Source: a virus (lineage: Duplodnaviria; Caudoviricetes). Taken from it: 31,853 nucleotides of DNA. Location: positions 1 through 31,853 of the IMG/VR virus record IMGVR_UViG_3300031589_000012; one strand, given 5' to 3'. This document shows, piece after piece, positions 1 to 8,700 of this stretch; the first letter of the stretch is position 1, and each line of letters begins with the position of its first letter. The notes beneath the pieces were generated by a model. It ran no database searches and had not been told where the DNA came from. It saw only the letters and a list, made by a program, of their open reading frames with translations. Made by a program: the position numbers and the translations under genes.

Positions 1-2
1 TA

Positions 3-1022
3 TTAAATCCTTCCTATAATATTACTGTTATTAATTATGAGTCGTTACATAAGATAGATCAAAAAGGATGGGATATGATCATTCTTGATGAAGCTCATTG
101 TATGGGAGCATTTCCAAAACCAAGTAAAAGAGCCAAGCAAGTAAAAATTCTTATAGCTAAAAACAAATGCTATGTAATACTATTATCAGGAACACCAACA
201 CCTGAGTCTTACAGTCAAATGTATCATCAGGTATACGCAATACCTCAAAATCCTTTTAACGCATATAAAAGTTTCTATAAATTCTGTGAAGACTATGTAA
301 GAATAAAAATCAGACCAATAGGAGGGTTTAGTGTTAGAGACTATAGTGATGGTTCAGAAGAAATCATACGAAAAATGCAACCCCATACATTATCCTATAC
401 TCAAAAAGAAGCTGGTTTCAAAGTAGAGACTAAAGAACACGTATTAGAAGTAGAAATGAATCCTATCACATATCAATTAGCTGACAAATTAAAAAAAGAT
501 TTAGTGGTAGAGGGAAATGATGACGTAATACTGGCCGATACGGCAGTAAAACTAATGATGAAGCTACACCAAATGTATTCTGGAACAGTAAAGTTTGAAT
601 CTGGTAAGTCTATGATATTAGATCTAAGTAAAGCTGAGTTTATAAATGATAATTTTGGAGATGTAAAAGTTGGAATATTCTATAAATTTAAGCAAGAGCT
701 TAATGCATTAAAAGAAGTTTATGGAGATCAATTGTGTACGGAGCTGGAAGAATTTAATACCACAAAAAAAAGTATAGCTCTACAGATAGTAAGTGGTCGT
801 GAAGGTATAAGTTTAAAAAACGCTAAAGCTCTGGTCTATTACAATATAGATTTTTCGGCCACCAGTTACTGGCAATCCAGGGATCGAATGACAACTAAAG
901 AACGATTAAAAAGTGACGTATACTGGATATTTGCTAAAGGTGGTATTGAAAAAGATATTTACAAAGCTGTTACTAAAAAGAAAGATTATACATTAAGACA
1001 TTTTAAAAGAGATAACAAATGA
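3..1022 (+). CDS. SNF2/SF2-type helicase, 5'-truncated by the window edge
   Basis: Frame is open from base 3 (LNPSYNITVINYESLHK...). Walker B IILDEAH, motif III LLSGTP, motif V SGREGISL, motif VI-like YWQSRDRM. Confidence 0.9.
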   Translation, partial: LNPSYNITVINYESLHKIDQKGWDMIILDEAHCMGAFPKPSKRAKQVKILIAKNKCYVILLSGTPTPESYSQMYHQVYAIPQNPFNAYKSFYKFCEDYVRIKIRPIGGFSVRDYSDGSEEIIRKMQPHTLSYTQKEAGFKVETKEHVLEVEMNPITYQLADKLKKDLVVEGNDDVILADTAVKLMMKLHQMYSGTVKFESGKSMILDLSKAEFINDNFGDVKVGIFYKFKQELNALKEVYGDQLCTELEEFNTTKKSIALQIVSGREGISLKNAKALVYYNIDFSATSYWQSRDRMTTKERLKSDVYWIFAKGGIEKDIYKAVTKKKDYTLRHFKRDNK

Positions 1023-1207
1023 GGTTTGTGAAATTTTTTTTAATTTGGTACAGTCAACAAATGGCGATACCTTTTTGGATAATAGGACACGTACACTTAC
1101 ATTTTGCCACCTGGCATAATCTATACGAATACTCTTTATCTATTTTTTTGCACGTTATTGTAGGTGTGGGTTTTTGGATTGATTGGAAAAAAAACGGAAA
1201 AAAATGA
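1019..1207 (+). CDS. Small two-TM membrane protein, His-rich
   Basis: ATGA overlap with the helicase stop; two hydrophobic stretches and a basic C-terminal tail (KKNGKK). Confidence 0.65.
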   Translation: MRFVKFFLIWYSQQMAIPFWIIGHVHLHFATWHNLYEYSLSIFLHVIVGVGFWIDWKKNGKK

Positions 1208-1362
1208 CAGAAGAAACAAAAGAAACATTAGGAGAGACTCTTAAAACAATTTGGGTTTTTGGTAAGCCACAGTCAATGTGGATTCCAATGATGAATCCAG
1301 CATATTTAACAGAAAACAACTTATGGGATGACAGAGCAACAGATACAAAACAAAAGGATTAA
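1204..1362 (+). CDS. Hypothetical protein, 52 aa (MTEETKETLGETLKTIWVFGKPQSMWIPMMNPAY...), not in ORF track
   Basis: ATG at 1204 overlaps the upstream TGA (ATGA coupling); open to TAA at 1360-1362; fills the gap between neighbours. Confidence 0.6.
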   Translation: MTEETKETLGETLKTIWVFGKPQSMWIPMMNPAYLTENNLWDDRATDTKQKD

Positions 1363-1567
1363 AGAGTTAGAGTCTGAAGGATACTATGTAATAAAATTAA
1401 TTAAAACAAACAAAAATGGTATCCCAGATTTAATAGCAATTCCTCCAAACTGTGGAGTATTGTTTTCAGAAATTAAAAAACCAAAGGGTGTAGTATCAGA
1501 ACTTCAAAAGTATAGATTAAAAGAGTTGAAAAAGCATGGGGTTAAAACTGAAATATATAAAGGATAA
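1328..1567 (+). CDS. VRR-NUC family PD-(D/E)xK nuclease
   Basis: MTEQQIQ...GIPDL...FSEIKKPKG..SELQKYR pattern typical of stand-alone phage VRR-NUC proteins; lies near an SNF2-like helicase. Confidence 0.9.
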   Translation: MTEQQIQNKRIKELESEGYYVIKLIKTNKNGIPDLIAIPPNCGVLFSEIKKPKGVVSELQKYRLKELKKHGVKTEIYKG

Positions 1568-1571
1568 TACA

Positions 1572-2144
1572 ATGGAAGCTAAAAAAGAAAATGATGTTGA
1601 GGCTTTGAAATCTTCAAAAAAAACAAGACGAACACAAGTCATCCAGCAAATAATAAGCACAGTAGACGAAGAAATGGGACTTGATTTAAGAAATAGTAAA
1701 AAATCAAGAGTAAGAGAAATAGTAAATGGTCGCGCAATCGTATACATTATTTTAAGAAAACACCTTAAAATGTCTTACACAGATATATCAAAAGTTTTTA
1801 ACAAAAACCATGCTACTATAATACATAGTGTAAAACAGCTGCCACACATACTAAAATACGACTCTGATCTTGCTTATAGCTATCAAAATATTACATATAG
1901 ATGGCTTGGAGATGTTGATAACTACGTTAGGATATCAGATGTTGAGTTAAAAACAAGGATAAAGGATCTTATAAATGAAAATAAAATGCTAAATTTGAGA
2001 GTAACCAAATTACAATTAGATAATTATGATTACTCTGAAAAGTATAAGAAATACTTATTATTAGTAAAAGAGTGGGATTATAGAGTTGGAAATAAATTTG
2101 AGGAGTTTAAAAGAAAAGTAAATAGTATATTAAATGGAATGTAA
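1572..2144 (+). CDS. DnaA C-terminal (domain IV) HTH protein with coiled-coil tail
   Basis: KSRVREIVNGRAIVYIILRKHLKMSYTDISKVFNKNHATIIHSVK resembles DnaA domain IV (basic loop plus DHTTVLHA-like helix). Start placed at ATG 1572, just after the VRR-NUC stop, rather than 1536. Confidence 0.8.
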   Translation: MEAKKENDVEALKSSKKTRRTQVIQQIISTVDEEMGLDLRNSKKSRVREIVNGRAIVYIILRKHLKMSYTDISKVFNKNHATIIHSVKQLPHILKYDSDLAYSYQNITYRWLGDVDNYVRISDVELKTRIKDLINENKMLNLRVTKLQLDNYDYSEKYKKYLLLVKEWDYRVGNKFEEFKRKVNSILNGM

Positions 2145-2162
2145 ATTAAAATATAAAAACTA

Positions 2163-2357
2163 ATGTCAAACCCTATCTCGTCAGATGATGTTCAAGCTAT
2201 AAAGCATATAAATTTTGTATCTAATAATATGCATACATTAACCGATGATTTGTATGAAGATTTAATGGATAGGGATCATGAGAAAGCTAAAGAAAAAGCT
2301 AAAAACATTATCAATACAATGAGTGACTTAATAAAATCTTTGTCAGATGAAATCTAA
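2163..2357 (+). CDS. Hypothetical helical protein, 64 aa
   Basis: A-rich leader, ATG start, in operon orientation. Confidence 0.75.
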   Translation: MSNPISSDDVQAIKHINFVSNNMHTLTDDLYEDLMDRDHEKAKEKAKNIINTMSDLIKSLSDEI

Positions 2358-2460
2358 ATACTCCCAGAAAGAAACAATACAAGAAATACTAAGGCTTAAA
2401 AAATTACCTCAATCATCTAAGGTGTTATTGAAAATAAAAAAACTACAACAACTATTATGA
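2347..2460 (+). CDS. Small basic hypothetical protein, 37 aa (MKSKYSQKETIQEILRLKKLPQSSKVLLKIKKLQQLL), not in ORF track
   Basis: Overlaps the upstream gene end by 11 nt; its TGA overlaps the next ATG (ATGA at 2457-2460). Confidence 0.65.
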   Translation: MKSKYSQKETIQEILRLKKLPQSSKVLLKIKKLQQLL

Positions 2461-2777
2461 ATAAATTAATTGCCATAGAACTACAAGATTTTTGCAATAC
2501 AATTGCTGAACGATACTCTAATATAAAAAGAGTTGGAAACGTAAACAACGAAACATTTTCAGTTGAAGAAATTATACCAACTTCAGACCATACGGCTTGC
2601 GTAAACTTCGTGAAAACTGGCGGCAAAGTTGCTGTTGCTTTTTTCTATTACATTAATAAAGGAAGGTCAAAGGGTTGGAAATACTTTTTCCCAACCGACT
2701 CTCATGTTAATGGATTCCAGGCGTTTTTATACTACAAACTGGAAGCAGAGCGTAAAAATTATTCTAAAAACTTTTAA
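2457..2777 (+). CDS. Hypothetical phage protein, 106 aa
   Basis: Coupled start and globular-looking sequence; last gene of the + strand block. Confidence 0.8.
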   Translation: MNKLIAIELQDFCNTIAERYSNIKRVGNVNNETFSVEEIIPTSDHTACVNFVKTGGKVAVAFFYYINKGRSKGWKYFFPTDSHVNGFQAFLYYKLEAERKNYSKNF

Positions 2778-5700
2778 TCTTCAAATTTATCGTCATCATC
2801 TTCTTGAAATTCATTATCATCAAGCTCTTTTTTTTCAGCGGCATCTTGTTTAAGCTCATACCTATACTCCTCTGGATCACTCACCTTTAAAAATTCCATA
2901 TATTTTTTACGTTCCTTTTTTGCTTTTGCTTCTCTTCGCTCAATAACCCCATCTTCAAACATATCCTTCATAACAATTCTTCTAATATCCTTGTAAAATG
3001 GAATAAGTCCCATGTTTCCTAAAGATTCTAAAGCCATTCTACTTGTAAGTTCGTCCATGTTTTTCTCACGACTCTCCTTGGTTTTATTGTTTTGAGATCT
3101 ATATAATAAAGCTACACTACGCTCAACAGTATTTAATATCGGCCCCATTGGCCCAGCAAATATTTTTGCCATAGTGGCAATAAAACCTTTCTTAGCAATA
3201 TCATCTTCATTAAACTGAGAGAAACTTATTGAATGTTTAAAAGGATTATATTCTCCTTCTCTAAAGTCACCCAGCATTAATTCATTAAATTTCTCTATAC
3301 CGTATGATGGTATAAGGTTAGGAACATTACCTACACTTCTACGCGTCATTAATTGCAACATAGTCCCAATAGTCTGACGCATAATAATGTCTTCAATATC
3401 AGACTCATCCTCTTCAACCTCTGCGTTGCTGAAAAGTTCATCAAAGCCTTGTGAGAAAACACCATACAAAATAGGATACATAGTCATCCTTGCTGTTGCG
3501 GCAAGCAAAACTGCAGATGCTTGACTCCTGGACATATCACCACTTCTATATAACGCTCCAATAGCATTACGAACAGTACCATATTCAAACAAACTAAAAC
3601 TTGCCATGAATTTATTCACAGTTCGATACATATTAGATATATTACCAGAAGATTCACCAACTGATCTACTTTGATTTTTAATAACTCCTTTAAATGGATT
3701 ATTTGAACTACTAATCATAGTACCCATTTGATCAGCCTTACGAGTAGATCTCTCTACTGCTTTTTCATATTCTTTTTTAATACTTCCATCTTTATTCTGA
3801 ATCTTAGAAGTTCCTTCTCCAATAGCCTCCATATCTTTTTTAGAAAGATCTATACCTGTCTCATTTTTAAATGTTTGAGAAAAAGTACCATACCACATTG
3901 GTATTGATATCGCTTTATCTGGTGATTGTATCATTCCTGATGCCAAAGTATCTATAGCACCAACAGTTTGTTTTGGCCCTAACTTTAAAAGCTGGCCAAT
4001 AACATTCATAAAAGCACTCCTTGCTCTTTGTGATTTTGGAGATGTCTGCGCAAAATTACTCATATCTGTCATACGAGAAGATATACTCTTAGGATCAAAA
4101 AGCTTTGTTGTTTCTGTAGAGCCTAATGCGTTTAATATAGCCGCTCCTTTTTTCCTTCCTAAAAACGAAAGAGTAGCGTATTTAGTAAAACCTCGTGCTG
4201 CTGCTTTTGGATTAGTGGTCAAGTAAGTCATGTTTGAAACAAGCTCCGCTCCCATCCTTGGTAAAGATGCTAATATAGCCTGATAAGCAGTTCTCTTAAC
4301 TTTATTTGCAACCTCTTCTGCAAGAGTAACGTCTCGCATAGTTTCAGTAAAAGTTACTTTTAATATCTCAGTAAGAGACTTCTGTAGAGCTTTAGCAGCC
4401 TTAACTGAAGGAACAGTTCCTTCTGACGCCATGTTCTTTAAAACCTTGTTAGCAGTCTTCTGAACCTCACGAACTGTAGGTGTCATGTAGTAATCTAAAT
4501 TAGTTTCTTGAACACCTCTTTGTGCTGAAAGAGAAGGATCAAAACTTACTGGCCTAACACCTTTTTGTCTCTCTACCATTGTACCACCTTTAGTAGAAGC
4601 GTTTGCAAACGTATCTGCTTTTGCTTTTACATCTACTTCAGCATCTTTTGATGTGCTAAGAACAATTCTGTGAGAATATCCATTTAATAAATCAATTCTG
4701 TTAGATCGCAATACTGCGGATGTAAACTTGGCTTTTGATGCTAAACTTGCATTAACATCATCATAAATTTTTAAAGCTTTTTTCTCACCAGTAGTTAAAC
4801 TTTTTTCTAATTTATCTAAACTAATTTCTCCATCTACAGTAAACTCTTCAGCAATTTTATTAAGAATTTTAAAGTCATTCTCATAGCCTTCTGTATCTTT
4901 AAAAAACTTTAAAGTAGCGTCTATCATTTTCTTGGCCGAAGGAGCTACTGGGTTTTCTTTTCCGTTTTTGTCAATATTTAATATATGCTCCCTGGCTAAT
5001 TGAAGTAATCTAATTTTATACTTTTTAGCTACAATTTTATTTGCAGTTGTACCAACTCTTAGCTTACGTCTTAAAATATTCTTACCATCATATTCTAATA
5101 TTCTTTCAGCAGCTTCTATTTTTCCAAAATCTTTTTTAGTATCAACAGTAAATCGCTCATAAACTTGAGCCAGCTTACCGAAAGTATTTTCGTATATAGT
5201 CTTACTGTTAAAGTTTCCAAATGCATTATCAATATATGCAGCAGGCCCAGATCTCACTTTGTCTAATAAAATATTTTTTCCAGAAGGAGTATTGCTTTTA
5301 ATTGCAGTTTTAATAGATGAGGTTATGTTCCTAAGGTTTAACATAATACCTTTCAAGGTTACCTTTGATATCGGTACAGATACTTTTTTAGCAGCTTTAT
5401 TACTAATAACTTCAGTCAATAAATTCATAGCAGTAGGAGTTACAATACCCTGTGCTAAATTTTGCTTCACACCTCTTAATTGCTCTAACTGAGAGTAATC
5501 AAAAGTCCCATCTTCTTTTTCAATTATTAAACTTTCAATGTCTTCTTTTGTAAAATCATTAATTTGATCAGCTACTAATTTAGATTCTTTATCTGTAATA
5601 GCTTCTAAGTTAGCTTTTGTTGTTTGGATCTCTGTTATAGCCTCTACAAGATCATATTCTTTAGCTTCTTTCTCTTCTTTAGGAGCTACCTCTACTTCTT

Positions 5701-8700
5701 CTGTTTGCTCAAGACTGTTTAATATATCTAAACCTGTTTGAGTATCTGCTCCTATTGTCTTTATATTCAACGCTCCTCTCTTTGGCTTTACACCATAAGT
5801 GTTCATCAAAGACTCAAAAGCATCTAATTTATTTAAAGGAATAGAACTAAGATCAGTCTTACCTAATTCCTGTAAAACCTCTACAAGAGCAATGTTTTCA
5901 GAACCAATTAATCCCTTTTTTATATTCTTATCAATTTGAGACTGTTTCTTTTTGGCATTAAATAAACGCTCTGAAATAGAAGCATCAACAAGTACTTTTG
6001 TTAGATAAGTGTTTAGCTTCTCTACTTGTTTAGCATCTGTTAACTTAGTTCTTAATGTCTTCGCTAATAAAAGCTTCGCTTGTCTATTTGATATTTTACC
6101 TTTGGCTTTTATATCTTTAATATAAGCAGCAACTTTATTAGCAGCTTTTCTATAAGCATTTTCAGATTGCTTCGCTGCTTTAGCCTCTAATTTTATTTGA
6201 GATTTTAAAGCCGATGCCTCATCAACTTCAATCTTAGATTGTGTTTGTCCTGTAATTTTTTTAGGAGAAGGCCCTCTTTTTTTACCAAACTTCCCTGGTT
6301 CAGCAGCTGCTTTCTGGTTTGATTCTTTGTTTCTTTGCTTAGTAGCAACTAAAGGTTCTCTGTTAGGATCAATAGATAGTACTTTATTTATATTTCTTTT
6401 TGTTGGTTTTAAGCCAGTTAGATTTTCAAATTTAATTTCTAAATCTACCAACCCAAGAGGTTTTCCAGTCTGTACATCTAACTTACCAGTAGGATTTGCA
6501 GTAATAAAATCAATAACTTCCTGAATAAGTTCCTTAGAATTTTCCTGAGTATATCCATCAAGTTCCATTATCTGAACATCTAATTCAGATTTAGGACTTT
6601 GACCATATTTGTTTTTTTTCTTAAACCAAAAACGTCTCATTTGAGGATTAATATTAGTTCTATCTCCAAAACGAGCGTAATCTTCTTCGGTTATTTTTCC
6701 TATAATTCCTTTTATATCTAAAGGATCAGCTAAAGATTCTTGTTCTGACTTACTAAGTTCTTTTGATCTTTTTTTCTCTGCATCAATAGTCTCAGCAATT
6801 TCTTTTATGTTGTTAGAATTTTCTGCAATCTCAGCAGTGTATTGTTCTGGTGTTAAATTAGTAGACTCATCTAAATTTAAAGGAGCGCCATCATTAACAT
6901 CTATAATGTTTTCAAGGATATACTCTTGAACAGCTGGTTTAATTGGCCCATCTAAAGGTCTACCTGTTTTTCTTTCTACAGCACTAATTGTTCCATCAGA
7001 AGATACTTCAATATCTACCGAACGACTTCCAGGTACTCTATATCTTCCTGGTTGTTTTTGACGCTTAGTTGTAAATCCTTCTACTTTCTTTTCCTGCTCT
7101 TTAGTAGGGGTGTCCTGGGTTTGGCTTTCTTGACCAACTTCGGTAGTCTCTTGGTTGACGTTGCTTTCTCCCACTCCTTGGCCATCGCTGGTTTGTTCTT
7201 GTACATCCAGGCTCTCTGTTTCTGACTTTTGAACGGCATCTTCTTTGGTTTTAGTTGTTTCTGTTTCTATACCTAACTTCTGTTTCTGGTCAGTTGTTAA
7301 GCCTGCTGTCTTTTTAGGATTGTTTACTTCATTACCAGAAATTTCTGATGTCTTCTCAACAACATCACCATCATATTCAAAACCAGCTCTTACTTGTTGT
7401 TCAGCAGTTAATCCTTTTCTGATAATAATAGCATTGTCACCAAGTTTTGTATTTTGTTTGTTAACTTGATTTCCTTCTGCATCAAAAAACACAGATTCAG
7501 CTGGGCCAAGTGAACCATCTAAGTATGTGTTTACAGTTACCTCTACTCTGCCACCATCCTCAGTAGTTACAGTAAATAATTCTTTCTTGAAAACAACATT
7601 ATTATCTTGAAACTTTTTTGTTTCTTCTTCTGCGGCTATTGCGTTTTCAGCTTGCTGATCAGAGTTTTTAAGCTGCTCCATCATGGCTTGTTGCTTATCA
7701 CGTAAACTGTTGGGGTTGAAGGATGTTTCTCCTTCTAAAACAAGTTGGTCAATAGCGTCTTGTTCTGTTACAACTAAATTTTCAGTGAAAGTATTACCAT
7801 CTCTTTCAATAGTAACACTCTCACTTAATGCACCATCATACTTTTGAACCAGCGCTTTTATTTGTTCATTTATCTGGTCTCTTTTTAACCTTGTAGTCTC
7901 TGATCTTGAATCAGGAAGTTTGCTTTTTTCAATCTCTAATTTAATAAGAGCATCCATATCTGGCCCAACAGGAACATTAGTTGTCTCTGATATTTCTAAT
8001 TCAAACTGTGAAGTAGCTTTTAAGTCAGTTACAACTTTCTTAATATCAGAATCATTCTTAACAACAATATTCATCTCTGCAATTTGAGCAGGAGTAGCCG
8101 TACCTATCGTTGCTAAAATATAATTTTTAGTAACAAGATCGCCATTTAAACTGTATTGAGGAGTTGTATAAACACCTCTTGCTATAGATATTGGAGCATT
8201 ACCTGCTCCTGCAAAACCTTCAAGACCTATTTCAGCCACGTCCATTTTCTGACCAGCAGCAAGTCTTGCTACCGCTTCACCTGTACTACCTCCAACAATC
8301 TCAACACCTAAACCAGCTGATATCTCAATACCTTTGTTTACCATAGCTCTGGTAACAGTTCCTTTACCTCCAGTAGCTAACAATTTTTCTGTTGCGCTTG
8401 CTAAAACTGTACGTGTAGCTCCAACAGCTTTTCCAGCAAGACCAGCAGTCAAGGCGTCAATCATACCTATAGCAAGACCTCTCGCTGCGGCTCTATTTCT
8501 AATACTTTGAAGAGCTTCAGGATCATTTAAAACTTTTCGTATTCCTTCTTGATTAAATTTACCTCCTTTTTTTTCAACCTCTTCTTTCATAAACTCAGTA
8601 TAAGACATACCAAATTCCAAAGCAGACGAAGCGCCACCCATAGCTCCAGCTACACCACCTGCTCCTGCTCCAAATAAAGCTAAAGGCCCACCTGCTGCTG

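Noticed and set aside
1517-2853. ORFs 1517-1747 (-), 2417-2626 (-) and 2629-2853 (+)
   Set aside because: Each overlaps better-supported genes and shows no motif or dual-coding signature.
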